The notes below the pieces were generated by a model. That model had not been told where the DNA came from, ran no database searches, and saw only the letters and a list, made by a program, of their open reading frames with translations. Made by a program: the position numbers and the translations under genes. Source: an uncultured Sphingomonas sp. (GTDB lineage Bacteria > Pseudomonadota > Alphaproteobacteria > Sphingomonadales > Sphingomonadaceae). From it: a stretch of DNA of 38,250 nt. Positions 8,954 to 19,175 of this stretch are shown piece after piece. The DNA is taken from positions 1 through 38,250 of the forward strand of contig CAZQLI010000001.1 in assembly GCA_964594145.1 (NCBI GenBank), written 5' to 3'. The number at the start of each line of letters is the position of its first letter. Positions within the stretch are counted from its first letter, which is position 1.

Positions 8954-9625
8954 TTGTCCGGCCCGATCTTCACCCGCACCCGGGACATTATCGCAGCCAA
9001 CATGTCGGACCTGCTCGACCGTTCGGAAGATCCCGCCAGGATGATCCGGATGATCATCGTCGAGATGGAGGAGACGCTCGTCGAAGTGCGCGCCACCGCC
9101 GCCCGCTCGATCGCCGACATCAAGGAAATGCGCCGGGCATGCACCCGTCTCGACGAGCTCCAGCATGGCTGGACGGAAAAGGCCGAGCTGGCCCTCGAGA
9201 AGGGTCGCGAGGACCTCGCCCGGGCAGCGCTGGCGGAAAAGCAGAAGGCGGCCGAGATGGCCGAGGGCCTGCACGCCGAGATCAGCCAGATCGAGCAGGT
9301 GCTGCGGGGCTATGAGGCCGACATCCAGCGGCTCCAGGCCAAGCTGGCCGAGGCCCGCGCCCGGCAGAACGCCATCGCCTCGCGGCTGGAAAGCGCCATG
9401 ACGCGCGCCAGGACCCGCGAAGTGCTGCACGGCAGTCGCACCGAAGAGGCTTTTGCCAAGTTCGAGATCCTCGAGCGCCGGGCGGACTTTGCCGAAGGCC
9501 GTGCCGAGGCACTTGCGCTCAACGGGCCCAAGAGCCTCGAGGAAGAAATTGCCGAGCTTCGCGCCGCCGACGCGGTCGATGCCGAGCTCGAAGCGCTGAA
9601 GTCCGCGCTCGCGGCCCGCAACTGA
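8954..9625 (+). CDS. pspA: Phage shock protein A
   Basis: IFTRTRDIIAANMSDLLDRSEDPARMIRMIIVEMEETLVEVR, W-KAELAL-KGREDLARAAL, coiled coil. TTG start follows GGAGGG; alternative ATG at 8849. Confidence 0.92.
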   Translation: MSGPIFTRTRDIIAANMSDLLDRSEDPARMIRMIIVEMEETLVEVRATAARSIADIKEMRRACTRLDELQHGWTEKAELALEKGREDLARAALAEKQKAAEMAEGLHAEISQIEQVLRGYEADIQRLQAKLAEARARQNAIASRLESAMTRARTREVLHGSRTEEAFAKFEILERRADFAEGRAEALALNGPKSLEEEIAELRAADAVDAELEALKSALAARN

Positions 9626-9641
9626 GGGGAAGGAAATATCC

Positions 9642-10028
9642 GTGTCTGACCGCTATTCACTGAACCGCCGCGACAAGAAGCTGGCCGGCGTATGCTCGAC
9701 CATCGGCGAGGTCTTCAACATCGACCCGACCTTCGTGCGCCTCGGTTTCGCGGCGACCGCCATCCTCGTCAGCTGGAAGCTTGCGCTCATCGCCTATGTC
9801 GCCGCGGGGGTTTATCTTCACCTCCAGCGCAACCGGGTGAAGCGCAAGGCCGACCGGGGATCCGATTTCGAACGGATGGCTGCACCTCGCAGTGGGCGGG
9901 CATCGGTCCACGACCTTCGGACCAAGCTGGACGTGAACGACCGCCGGATGATGGCGATCGACCATCATCTCAACAGCCAGAATGACGAGCTTGCGCGCGA
10001 GATCGAGGCGCTGAGGGAGGAGAAATGA
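9642..10028 (+). CDS. pspC: PspC domain protein
   Basis: RRDKKLAGVCSTIGEVFNIDPTFVR PspC motif, a TM segment and C-terminal ELAREIEALR. Confidence 0.85.
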   Translation: MSDRYSLNRRDKKLAGVCSTIGEVFNIDPTFVRLGFAATAILVSWKLALIAYVAAGVYLHLQRNRVKRKADRGSDFERMAAPRSGRASVHDLRTKLDVNDRRMMAIDHHLNSQNDELAREIEALREEK

Positions 10029-10258
10029 TGGAACCGCTATCCATCGCGATGATCGGTGCAACGATGCTCCTGGCAATGGGCCTCGCCTGCGTGGCCGGCC
10101 TCAAGGGATGGCAGTCCTGGCTCGACTATAAGCGGCTCGAACTTGCAAGCCACTCGGCCGACCCGGATTTCCCGCCGGCCACCGGCCGGATCGAACTTGC
10201 CGATCTCAAGGAACGCGTTCGAAAGCTGGAGGCAATCGCTTCGGGCATCGATCTTTAG
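10025..10258 (+). CDS. Small single-TM psp-associated protein (PspB/PspM-like architecture)
   Basis: ATGA overlap with pspC; TM followed by RIELADLKERVRKLEAIASG coiled coil. Confidence 0.75.
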   Translation: MMEPLSIAMIGATMLLAMGLACVAGLKGWQSWLDYKRLELASHSADPDFPPATGRIELADLKERVRKLEAIASGIDL

Positions 10259-10261
10259 GCA

Positions 10262-10341
10262 TTCGGGACGATTTCCCCACCCCCGTCCCGAACCTGGGCG
10301 GTCGCTCCACCCCTGATGGGAGCGGCCGCCCCTTTTCTTTT
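10262..10341 (+). terminator. psp 3' UTR: hairpin with C-rich loop plus intrinsic terminator (candidate 3'-derived sRNA)
   Basis: TTCGGGACG-ATTTCCCCACCCC-CGTCCCGAA, then GGGCGGTCGCTCC-N10-GGAGCGGCCGCCC-CTTTTCTTTT. Confidence 0.75.
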
Positions 10342-10393
10342 GGTAGCGGGCTATCCGCACCAGGGGCCTGAGACCCAAAACGGCCCGTTCCTG

Positions 10394-12484
10394 CTAGAAG
10401 CCGAAGCTTGCCGTCAGCCGGATGTCGCGGCCGGCAAGCGGGGCATAGTCCTTCAGCAGGCTTGAATGGCGCCGGGCGAGGACGTCCAAGATATTGTTGG
10501 CTGCGATGCCGAGCTTGATCTCCGGGCGGTCTTCGATTGGCTGCCAGTCCACCGATGCATTGACCAGCGTGTAACCGGCCGTCTCGGTTTCGAGCGGCGC
10601 GTTCCTGCCTTGTCGAAACGCGTGCTCGACCTCGAGCCGGGCCTCGACCGGGCCTCCATTCGCGCTTAGCCCGCCCAGCAGCCGGAGAGGCGGGATCTGC
10701 GGCGCAGGACCGAAACCCTTCACCCGGGCATGCACATAGTCGGCGATGAGATCGGCGTCCCAGTGGATGCCAAGCGCGTTGCCGAGCTCGGCTTTGGCCT
10801 CGACCTCGAAGCCATAATAGTTGGCCTTGCCCTGGCGGTAGGCATAAACCGGCAGCTCATCCTCTATGGCCCCGGTCGGCGCCTGGAAGATGAAGTTCGA
10901 GAAGCGGTTGTAGTAGGCAGTGGCGCCAAGCCTTAGCGGGCCGGCGTGCCTTCGAATGCTTGCCTCGACGCCGATGCTTCGTTCGGGGTCAAGGTCGGGA
11001 TTTCCGATTTCGAAAGCCTGGGTGCCCGCGTGCGGCCCGTTGGCGAACAGCTCGTCGATCGAGGGCGCACGCGCACTTCGCGACAGCGTAACCCCTGCGC
11101 GCCAGCCTTCGGAGACCTCGTAGGCCGCGCCGGCCGATGCCGAAACGGTCGTGAACTTCCGGCTCATTCGCGGTGTCTCGAGGCTTGCGTCTTGCGCCGC
11201 GTCCAGCTTGCTGAACTCGACGCGAAGGCCTCCCTCCAGCCGGAGCGGTCCGTTGACCAGCGTCTGCATGGTGAAAAGCCCTGCCTGCCGCTGCTTCGAA
11301 TCCGGGAGGAATTTTTCCTCGCCCGCGATGCTGACCTTTCGCTTCACATATTGGATGCCCGAGGTTCCGCCCCAGCCATTTGCTTCACGCTGGACGATCT
11401 CGGCGCGGGCTTCGCCGCCGCTGGTGCGGAAGGTCGAAGCGACTTCGCCCGTATCCTCGATCTCGTTGTGCCGGTACTTCGAATAGCCGCCGCGAAGGCG
11501 CAGCTGGTCAAAGAAACCCGACAGCGGGACCTCGGCCCGCGCGTCGTAGCGGGTTTGCTTGACGTCGATCAGTGGAGCTTCCGCTTCGATGTCGGGGTCC
11601 AGCGAGAAACGGACCGGCACGCCGTAAAGCGCATCATGCCGGGTGATCGAGACGCCGATATTGAGCGGGCCGTCGACATAGGCGACGCCGCCCGCGACCT
11701 CCCAGCTCCTGGCAGCGCTGTTGGGTAGCTTGCCGCGGAGCCCGGCGAGAGCCTGGATCTCCGGACTGGTGCTGGCGCTTGCCTCTTCCCGCAGATCCTT
11801 CGCGAGCAAATGTCCCCCGGTCCTCAGATCATCGCTCTTGGACCAGTTTGCGTCGGCATGGAGCACCAGGTTCGAGGCGACTGTCCCATCGACAGAGAGG
11901 TTTGCGCTACGCTCTTCGGCTGCAGATCCATAGCCAAGAAGTCCGTTGGCATCGAAGCCATCGGAAGGCAGGCGGCGCGGGATCCTCCGGTCGATGACAT
12001 TGACCACGCCGCCGATTGCCGAAGATCCATAGAGCAGGGCCGAGGGCCCGCGCAGCACCTCGATCCGCTCGGCTGTCAGCGGGTTTACTGCCACCGCGTG
12101 GTCGGGGCTGGAAGAGGATAGGTCGAAGCTGCCGATGCCGTCCGTCAGCACCCGGATCCGGTCACCCGACAACCCGCGGAGGATGGGTCTCGATGCCGTC
12201 GGGCCGAAGCTGGAGGCGCTGACGCCAGGTTGTCGCGCGAGGGTTTCGCCGAGGCTCGGCCTAAGCTCCCTCGCAAGCTCCCCGGCGTCGAGCACCGAAA
12301 GTCCGCCAAGCACGTCGCCTGCCTTCCGGCGGACCCCGGTGACCACGATCTCGTCGTCATGGTCATGGTGGTCATCCTCGCTCGCAAGACTTCCCGGGTC
12401 GCTGGCGCCCGGCTGTTCCTGGGCCTGCACTGGCGAGCAAATGAGGGTAACGGCGATGGCAAGCAGCGAGGCAGAACGATACAT
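10394..12484 (-). CDS. TonB-dependent receptor, ZnuD-like zinc uptake type
   Basis: Signal peptide, His/Asp patch EDDHHDHDDE, plug motifs ASRPILRG and SPDHAV..ERIEVLRGPSALLYGSSAIGGVVNV, ELFANGPH, terminal Phe; Zur box upstream. Confidence 0.88.
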   Translation of the reverse strand: MYRSASLLAIAVTLICSPVQAQEQPGASDPGSLASEDDHHDHDDEIVVTGVRRKAGDVLGGLSVLDAGELARELRPSLGETLARQPGVSASSFGPTASRPILRGLSGDRIRVLTDGIGSFDLSSSSPDHAVAVNPLTAERIEVLRGPSALLYGSSAIGGVVNVIDRRIPRRLPSDGFDANGLLGYGSAAEERSANLSVDGTVASNLVLHADANWSKSDDLRTGGHLLAKDLREEASASTSPEIQALAGLRGKLPNSAARSWEVAGGVAYVDGPLNIGVSITRHDALYGVPVRFSLDPDIEAEAPLIDVKQTRYDARAEVPLSGFFDQLRLRGGYSKYRHNEIEDTGEVASTFRTSGGEARAEIVQREANGWGGTSGIQYVKRKVSIAGEEKFLPDSKQRQAGLFTMQTLVNGPLRLEGGLRVEFSKLDAAQDASLETPRMSRKFTTVSASAGAAYEVSEGWRAGVTLSRSARAPSIDELFANGPHAGTQAFEIGNPDLDPERSIGVEASIRRHAGPLRLGATAYYNRFSNFIFQAPTGAIEDELPVYAYRQGKANYYGFEVEAKAELGNALGIHWDADLIADYVHARVKGFGPAPQIPPLRLLGGLSANGGPVEARLEVEHAFRQGRNAPLETETAGYTLVNASVDWQPIEDRPEIKLGIAANNILDVLARRHSSLLKDYAPLAGRDIRLTASFGF

Positions 12485-12526
12485 GTCTATCCGAAAGCTG
12501 GTGTGAGGGACCCACGCTACCTAGGA

Positions 12527-12549
12527 GAAATGTTATATTATCGCAAATG
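12527..12549. promoter_or_regulatory. Zur box
   Basis: GAAATGTTATA-T-TATCGCAAATG versus GAAATGTTATA-N-TATAACATTTC; left half is perfect. Confidence 0.8.
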
Positions 12550-12637
12550 ATGCCGATTACCGCTCGTCGGGCCGGAAGAGCCGTTCGTCGAAGGCGAGGG
12601 CTCGCGCGGCCATCGCCGCTCGGCTAACCCACCGCCC

Positions 12638-13840
12638 ATGTTCATGACCCACCTCGAATGTTCGAAGACCGGCGAGCATTATGATTGCTGGCGGCTCCAG
12701 AACCTCTCCAGGGAAGGAATGCCCCTCCTCGCTCGCTATGACCTCGAGGCCGTGGCCGCCCGGCTGAGCCGCGAGGAACTTTCATCACGTCCGGCCGGGA
12801 TGTGGAAATGGCGCGAGCTTCTGCCGCTGCCCGCGGATGCCCAGCCGGTCAGCCTTGGCGAGCCGCAAACGCCGCTGATGGACCTGGAACATGTGGCGCT
12901 AAGGGAAGGCGCGCGCGCACCGCGCGTCAAGGACGAGGGGCGACTGCCGACCGGCTCGTTCAAGGCCCGCGGGATGGCGGTGGCGGTCAGCATGGCCCGT
13001 TATTTCGGGGTAGACCGGATCGCCATTCCAACGAACGGCAATGCCGGCGCCGCGCTTGCTGCCTATGCCGCGCGCGCCGGCATGGCCTCGCTTGTCATCT
13101 GCCCGCAAGAGACACCTGCCATCAATGTCAGGGAGACGGGAGCCTATGGCGCCGAGGTGATCGTGGCCGACGGCCAGATCGACGAGTGCGGCAGGATTGT
13201 CGCGCAAGGTGCCTCGGAAGGACGCTGGTTCGACTGCTCGACGATGAAGGAACCCTATCGAGTCGAGGGCAAGAAGGTGATGGGTCTCGAGCTGGCCGAG
13301 CAGCTCGGGTGGGAGCTACCGGACGCGATATTCTACCCGACCGGCGGTGGAACGGGACTGATCGGCATGTGGAAGGCATTCGATGAGCTGGAAAGGATCG
13401 GCCTCGTCGGCCCGGCGCGGCCACGGATGTTCGCCGTGCAGGCCGAGGGCTGTGCGCCCATCGTTCGGGCCTGGGAAAAGGGAACCGAATTCGCCGGGCG
13501 CTGGGAGGGCGCGGCGACAATGGCAACCGGCATAAGGGTGCCTCGCGCCATTGGCGATTTCCTGATCCTCCGCGCGGTTCGAGAGAGCGGCGGGGCAGCG
13601 CTGGCAGTCGCGGAAGAGGAGATCATGGAAGCGGTCGACGAGGCCGCGCGCCTCGATGGCATGCTTCTCTGCCCCGAGGGAGGAGCGGTCCTGGCCGGCT
13701 GGAGGCAGGCGCTGCAACGAGGGCTGATCGGGAAGGACGAAAGGATTGTCCTGTTCAATTGCGCCAACGGCAACAAATATCCGCTGGCTGACAGGTCGAG
13801 GCGCATGAACTTGTCGGGGATGGTTGCGGGGGATCTCTAG
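12638..13840 (+). CDS. thrC: Threonine synthase-like PLP enzyme (fold type II, short form)
   Basis: KDEGRLPTGSFKARG PLP-lysine motif, TNGNAGAALAAYA, EGKK-MGLE, YPTGGGTG. Confidence 0.85.
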   Translation: MFMTHLECSKTGEHYDCWRLQNLSREGMPLLARYDLEAVAARLSREELSSRPAGMWKWRELLPLPADAQPVSLGEPQTPLMDLEHVALREGARAPRVKDEGRLPTGSFKARGMAVAVSMARYFGVDRIAIPTNGNAGAALAAYAARAGMASLVICPQETPAINVRETGAYGAEVIVADGQIDECGRIVAQGASEGRWFDCSTMKEPYRVEGKKVMGLELAEQLGWELPDAIFYPTGGGTGLIGMWKAFDELERIGLVGPARPRMFAVQAEGCAPIVRAWEKGTEFAGRWEGAATMATGIRVPRAIGDFLILRAVRESGGAALAVAEEEIMEAVDEAARLDGMLLCPEGGAVLAGWRQALQRGLIGKDERIVLFNCANGNKYPLADRSRRMNLSGMVAGDL

Positions 13841-13850
13841 GAGCCCGCCC

Positions 13851-13911
13851 AAAAGATAAGTCCCGGCAACCGAAGTTGCCGGGACTCCATGATCCATCTC
13901 TGGATCACGCC
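13851..13911 (-). ncRNA. Putative sigma-EcfG-dependent small RNA (~60 nt)
   Basis: Minus strand: CGTGATCCA-GAGA-TGGATCATG hairpin, then AGTCCCGGCAAC-TTCG-GTTGCCGGGACT-TATCTTTT terminator; oriented opposite to both flanking genes. Confidence 0.65.
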
Positions 13912-13916
13912 ATAAA

Positions 13917-13941
13917 AACGGTCATTTCATCGATCGGTTCC
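13917..13941 (-). promoter_or_regulatory. Sigma-EcfG (general stress response) promoter
   Basis: Minus strand GGAAC-CGATCGATGAAATGAC-CGTT, a perfect GGAAC-N16-CGTT. Confidence 0.75.
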
Positions 13942-14041
13942 CGGGCAGATCGAAAAAATCTCGCAAAAAAGCGGGGCTCTGGCGCTGACATGGGCTGGTC
14001 GGACAATCCAGCGCTTGGCGGCGCGCCCCGCTTCTGCTTCG

Positions 14042-17000
14042 ATGCCCTCGGTGAGCTGCCGCTGGAACTTCGCAATCGATCGGGGAGGCACCTTCACGGA
14101 CGTGGTGGCCACCTCGTCCGACGGTCGTTTGAAGGTCGAGAAGCTGCTCTCGGAAAACCCCGGGCAATATGACGACGCTGCTCTCGAGGCCATCCGCCGG
14201 ATCATCGCCAGCGAGGGAGGGGTGGCCGGCGAGGTGCGGATGGGAACGACCGTCGCGACCAATGCCCTCCTCGAGCGCAAGGGTGAAAGGCTGGCGCTTG
14301 CGATCACCAGGGGTTTTGCCGACGCTCTTCGCATTGGCTACCAGGCGCGCCCCGAGATTTTTGCCCGGCACATCGTCCTTCCGGCGATGCTTTACGAAGA
14401 GGTGGTCGAGATCGACGAACGGGTCGGTGCCGACGGGTCGGTCGTCCGCCGGCTCGACGAGGAACATGCGCGTCGCGCGCTCCAGGCCATTCGCTCGAGC
14501 GGGATCGATGCCCTGGCGATTGTCCTGATGCATGGCTGGCGGCACGCTGACCATGAAAGGCGCCTCGCCGAAATAGCCCGCGACCTCGGATTTTCCCAGA
14601 TATCCGTGAGCCATGAAGTCGCTCCCCGGATCAAGCTTGTTGGCCGGGGCGACACCACCGTTGTCGATGCCTATCTCTCGCCGATCCTCGGCCGCTATGT
14701 CGACCGGGTTGCAAGCGGCCTCGGGGACGTGCCTCTCCAGTTCATGCAGTCGAACGGCGGCCTCACCGAGGCGCGTGGCTTTCGCGGCAAGGACGCCATT
14801 CTCTCGGGGCCGGCGGGGGGCGTCGTCGGCATGGTCGCTGCAAGCAGGCCGCATTTCCGTTCAGGCGAGGTGATGCGGCTCATCGGGTTCGACATGGGCG
14901 GCACTTCCACTGACGTCTCGCATTACGCCGACCAGTATGAGATCGCGGATGAAAACCTCATCGCAGGTGTTCGAATCCGCGCGCCGATGATGAAGATCCA
15001 CACGATCGCTGCCGGCGGCGGGTCGGTATGCCGGTTCGATGGAATGCGCTTCCGGGTTGGCCCCGAATCCGCCGGGGCGCGGCCCGGACCGGCCTGCTAC
15101 GGGGCCGGCGGGCCGCTCACCGTTACCGACTGCAACCTCTTCCTGGGAAGGATCGACCCCTCGCAGTTCCCGGCCGTTTTCGGGCCAAACGGCGACCATC
15201 CGCTCGACCCAAATGCCTCGCGCGAACGGCTTGAAGAGATCTCGGCGAGCCTCGCTGGCAGCAAGACACTCGAGGAAATTGCCGAAGGATTTCTCGCCAT
15301 CGCCGTCGACAATATGGCGGCGGCTATCCGCAAGATCTCCATCGCGCGCGGCCACGACGTGTCGCGCTACACGCTCGCCTGTTTCGGGGGAGCGGGCGGC
15401 CAGCATGCCTGCCGAGTGGCCGACGCGCTTGGAATGGAGCGCATCCTCGTCCACCCGCTCTCCGGCCTCCTCTCGGCCTATGGAATTGGCCTTGCCGACG
15501 TCAAATCGGTCCGGGAAGCAAGCTGGCTGAAGCCGCTTGGCGAGGATTTCAGCGAAGGGTTGAGGGCCCTTGAATCCGCCGCCGCGGACGACCTCCTGGG
15601 GCAAGGCTTCGAAGCCGACGAGATCAGGTTCGAGCGCCGAGCGCGGCTTCGAACTCCGGGCAGCGATTCCACCATCATGGTCGAACTCGGCCCGGCTGCC
15701 GAGATGCGATCGGCCTTCGAGGAGCGACATCGCCGGCAGTTTGGCTACGTCGATCCCGCCGAGCCGATCCTCGACGCACTTTCCGTGGACGCGATCGCCA
15801 CCAGCCGGTCTGGCAGGAGTTCATTGGCCGATGCCTCGGCCCGGTCCGGGCCGGGAAAAAGCGTTACCGGTCCCGCGCTCATCTTCGAGCCCAACTCGAC
15901 CATCGTCGTCGAGCAAGGCTGGAGCGCGGACCGTGCGCAGGACGGGTCGCTGGTGCTCACCCGGGCGGTGCCGCTCGAGAGAGCCCATGCCGCGGGCACC
16001 GACATCGATCCCGTGCGGCTCGAGATCTTCAACAACCTGTTCATGGCCATTGCCGAGGAAATGGGCGTTGCGCTCCAGTCGACCGCCACCTCGGTCAACA
16101 TCAAGGAACGGCTCGATTTCAGCTGCGCCATTTTCAATGCATCAGGCGCGCTCATCGCCAATGCCCCGCACATCCCGGTGCACCTCGGGTCGATGGGAGA
16201 AAGTATCCGGACAATCATCGAGGCGAGGGGAGGAGCGCGTGACGGGAGGGGCATCCGCCGCGGCGATGCCTATGTGCTGAACGATCCCTATCGCGGTGGA
16301 ACGCACCTTCCGGACATCACTGTCATCGTCCCGGTATTCCACGACGGCGCCAGCGAGCCATCCGCCTTCGTCGCCGCGCGAGGCCACCACGCGGACATCG
16401 GCGGCATTGCTCCCGGTTCGATGCCACCCGACAGCAGGACGATCGACGACGAGGGCGTGCTGATCGACAATTTCCTTCTGGTCGACGAGGGACGGTTCCG
16501 GGAGGCGGAAATGCGCGAGCTGCTGGCGAGCGGTCCCTGGCCGGCCCGCAATCCCGATCGCAACATATCCGACCTCAGGGCGCAGCTTGCCGCCTGCGTC
16601 CGGGGCGCCGAGTCACTCGAGAAGACGGCCCGCGAATATGGCCCCGTGGTGGTGGCCGCCTACATGGACCATGTCCTCGACAATGCCGAGGAATCGGTCC
16701 GCCGGTTGCTCGACCGGCTCGACGACGGCGAATTTTCCTACGAGATGGACAATGGCGCCGTCGTCTCGGTCCGGATCTCGATCGACCGGGCAAGCCGTTC
16801 CGCCAGGTTCGACTTTACAGGTACCAGCGCCCAGCTCGGCGACAATTTCAATGCGCCTTTCTCGATCGTGCGCGCCGCCTCGCTCTATGTCCTTCGTACC
16901 CTCATCGACGACGTGATCCCGATGAACGATGGCTGCCTTCGCCCGGTAACGCTGGCCGTTCCTGAAAATTCCATGCTGAAGCCCGGCTATCCAGCGGCAG

Positions 17001-17554
17001 TCGTCGCCGGCAACGTCGAGACAAGCCAGGTGGTGACCGACGCGCTGTTCGCGGCCACCGGCCGGCTTGCACCGAGCCAGGGAACGATGAACAACTTCAC
17101 CTTCGGCAACGAGCGCCACCAATATTACGAGACGATCGCCGGCGGGTCCGGCGCCGGGCCCGACCATGACGGCACCAGCGCGGTCCAGACGCACATGACG
17201 AACAGCCGCCTGACCGATCCCGAGGTCCTGGAGACCCGCCTTCCGGTCAGGCTCGAACAATTCTCCATCCGCGAGGGATCCGGCGGGAAGGGCCGGCACC
17301 GCGGCGGCGATGGCGTCATTCGGCGCCTGACATTCCTCGAGACGATGCGCGCCAACATCCTCGCCAACCGCCGGCGTGTGCCACCCCTCGGCCTGGAGGG
17401 TGGCGGCAGCGCGAGCCCCGGCCGCAACTGGGTGGAACGGGCCGATAGCTCGATCGAGGAACTTGGAGCGACCGGGTGGGCAGAGGTGGCCGCCGGCGAC
17501 CAGTTCGTGATCGAGACACCCGGCGGTGGCGGGTTCGGCAGGGAGGGACGATGA
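14042..17554 (+). CDS. oplA: ATP-dependent 5-oxoprolinase (hydantoinase A/B fusion)
   Basis: [77 protein letters not shown]. Start is 14042 (ATG) or 14051 (GTG). Confidence 0.92.
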   Translation: MPSVSCRWNFAIDRGGTFTDVVATSSDGRLKVEKLLSENPGQYDDAALEAIRRIIASEGGVAGEVRMGTTVATNALLERKGERLALAITRGFADALRIGYQARPEIFARHIVLPAMLYEEVVEIDERVGADGSVVRRLDEEHARRALQAIRSSGIDALAIVLMHGWRHADHERRLAEIARDLGFSQISVSHEVAPRIKLVGRGDTTVVDAYLSPILGRYVDRVASGLGDVPLQFMQSNGGLTEARGFRGKDAILSGPAGGVVGMVAASRPHFRSGEVMRLIGFDMGGTSTDVSHYADQYEIADENLIAGVRIRAPMMKIHTIAAGGGSVCRFDGMRFRVGPESAGARPGPACYGAGGPLTVTDCNLFLGRIDPSQFPAVFGPNGDHPLDPNASRERLEEISASLAGSKTLEEIAEGFLAIAVDNMAAAIRKISIARGHDVSRYTLACFGGAGGQHACRVADALGMERILVHPLSGLLSAYGIGLADVKSVREASWLKPLGEDFSEGLRALESAAADDLLGQGFEADEIRFERRARLRTPGSDSTIMVELGPAAEMRSAFEERHRRQFGYVDPAEPILDALSVDAIATSRSGRSSLADASARSGPGKSVTGPALIFEPNSTIVVEQGWSADRAQDGSLVLTRAVPLERAHAAGTDIDPVRLEIFNNLFMAIAEEMGVALQSTATSVNIKERLDFSCAIFNASGALIANAPHIPVHLGSMGESIRTIIEARGGARDGRGIRRGDAYVLNDPYRGGTHLPDITVIVPVFHDGASEPSAFVAARGHHADIGGIAPGSMPPDSRTIDDEGVLIDNFLLVDEGRFREAEMRELLASGPWPARNPDRNISDLRAQLAACVRGAESLEKTAREYGPVVVAAYMDHVLDNAEESVRRLLDRLDDGEFSYEMDNGAVVSVRISIDRASRSARFDFTGTSAQLGDNFNAPFSIVRAASLYVLRTLIDDVIPMNDGCLRPVTLAVPENSMLKPGYPAAVVAGNVETSQVVTDALFAATGRLAPSQGTMNNFTFGNERHQYYETIAGGSGAGPDHDGTSAVQTHMTNSRLTDPEVLETRLPVRLEQFSIREGSGGKGRHRGGDGVIRRLTFLETMRANILANRRRVPPLGLEGGGSASPGRNWVERADSSIEELGATGWAEVAAGDQFVIETPGGGGFGREGR

Positions 17555-18225
17555 TCAACTATTGGCCGCTAATCGGCATCGCCCTGGTAGTGATCGGGTT
17601 TGCGCTGCGGATGAACCCGATGCTGGTCGTGACCGCGTCCGCGATCGTCACCGGACTCATCGCCGGCATGGACCCGGTCGAGGTAATCTCGACGTTCGGC
17701 AAGGCCTTCAACGACAACCGGATCATCGCAGTGGTCTGGATCGTGCTTCCCGTTATCGGGCTGCTCGAGCGATTCGGGCTGCAGGAGCGCGCGGCCGCAC
17801 TGATCCGCGCGCTTCGCAGCGCGACGGTTGGCCGCCTTCTTATCCTTTACCTTGTCTACCGCCAGGTCACGGCCGCGATCGGGCTTCACTCCACCGCAGG
17901 CCATCCCCAGACGGTCCGTCCGCTGGTCGCGCCGATGGCACTCGCTGCTGCTGAAACCCAGCACGGCGGGCTTTCGGAGGAGGAGGCCGAGCGGGTGAAG
18001 GCCTATTCGGCTGCGACCGACAATGTCGGCCTTTTCTTCGGGGAGGACATATTCTTCGCGATCGGCTCGATCGTCCTCATCCAGCAGATCCTCGCCACCT
18101 ATGGCTATAACCTCGCACCGCTCGAGCTTGCGCTGTGGGCGATCCCGACGGCGATCGCCGCCTTTGCAATTCATTCGCTTCGCCTTGTCCGCTTCGATCG
18201 CAGCCTCGGGAAAGGCGCAAGATGA
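17551..18225 (+). CDS. DUF969 membrane protein (5-oxoproline transporter subunit)
   Basis: ATGA overlap with oplA; [40 protein letters not shown]. Confidence 0.85.
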   Translation: MINYWPLIGIALVVIGFALRMNPMLVVTASAIVTGLIAGMDPVEVISTFGKAFNDNRIIAVVWIVLPVIGLLERFGLQERAAALIRALRSATVGRLLILYLVYRQVTAAIGLHSTAGHPQTVRPLVAPMALAAAETQHGGLSEEEAERVKAYSAATDNVGLFFGEDIFFAIGSIVLIQQILATYGYNLAPLELALWAIPTAIAAFAIHSLRLVRFDRSLGKGAR

Positions 18226-19175
18226 TCACGCTCGACTGGCTCTATTCCCTTTCGGGCGCGATGTTTGCCTGCTTTGCCTTCCTGTCCATCCTCGACCGGT
18301 CCAATGCGAAGCGCCTCGGGAACGCGGCATTCTGGGGGCTGATGGCGCTCAGTCTCCTTGCCGGGGACCAGGTCGGCGATTTTGGAAATGGTCTCCTGGT
18401 GCTTGGGCTTGCAGGCCTTGCCGGTGCGGGCCTCATCGGCAAGAGCAATCCCCCGACGACTGGCAGCGACCAGCGGCAGGCCTGGTCCGAACGCCTCGGC
18501 AACCGGCTGTTCCTCCCCGCGCTCATCATTCCGGCAACGGCCCTCATCGGGACGCTCGCCTATAACTACACCCCGCTTGGCACCTCCGGATGGATCGAGC
18601 CCAAGCGCGAAACCTATGTCTTCCTGGGGCTCGGCGTCCTGCTTGCGCTCGCGGCCATCTTCGCCTGGCTCCGGCCCCCGGCGGTCGCACCGCTGCAGGA
18701 GGGAAGGCGGCTCATCGACTCCATTGGCTGGGCCGCGGTCCTGCCGCAGATGCTGGCCTCGCTCGGCGTCCTGTTCGCTGCAGCCGGGATTGGCGAGGCC
18801 ATTGGTTCGCTAACCCGAATGGTCATTCCCGAGGGAAGCATTTTCGCGACCGTTGCAGTCTATGGGATCGGGATGGCCATTTTCACCATGGTCATGGGCA
18901 ATGCATTTGCCGCATTTCCGGTGATGGCCGCCGCAATCGGCGTTCCATTATTGATCCAGGGCTATGGCGGAGACCCCGCCGTGGTCGGGGCCGTCGGAAT
19001 GCTGGCAGGCTTCTGCGGGACGCTGATGACCCCCATGGCCGCCAACTTCAACCTCGTCCCGGCGGCACTTCTCGAGCTCAAGGACCAATATGGCGTGATC
19101 CGGGCCCAGGTGGCGACAGCCCTTCCGCTGCTCGCGGTCAATATCCTCCTCATCTATTTCCTGGCGTTCCGATGA
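18222..19175 (+). CDS. DUF979 membrane protein (5-oxoproline transporter subunit)
   Basis: ATGA overlap; GWAAVLPQMLASLG, FTMVMGNAFAAF, GFCGTLMTPMAANFNLVPAALLEL. Confidence 0.85.
   Translation: MITLDWLYSLSGAMFACFAFLSILDRSNAKRLGNAAFWGLMALSLLAGDQVGDFGNGLLVLGLAGLAGAGLIGKSNPPTTGSDQRQAWSERLGNRLFLPALIIPATALIGTLAYNYTPLGTSGWIEPKRETYVFLGLGVLLALAAIFAWLRPPAVAPLQEGRRLIDSIGWAAVLPQMLASLGVLFAAAGIGEAIGSLTRMVIPEGSIFATVAVYGIGMAIFTMVMGNAFAAFPVMAAAIGVPLLIQGYGGDPAVVGAVGMLAGFCGTLMTPMAANFNLVPAALLELKDQYGVIRAQVATALPLLAVNILLIYFLAFR

Noticed and set aside
13859-13886. Hairpin read simply as the thrC terminator
   Set aside because: The U-tract and UUCG loop are on the minus strand. It may still act bidirectionally but is better explained by the antisense unit.
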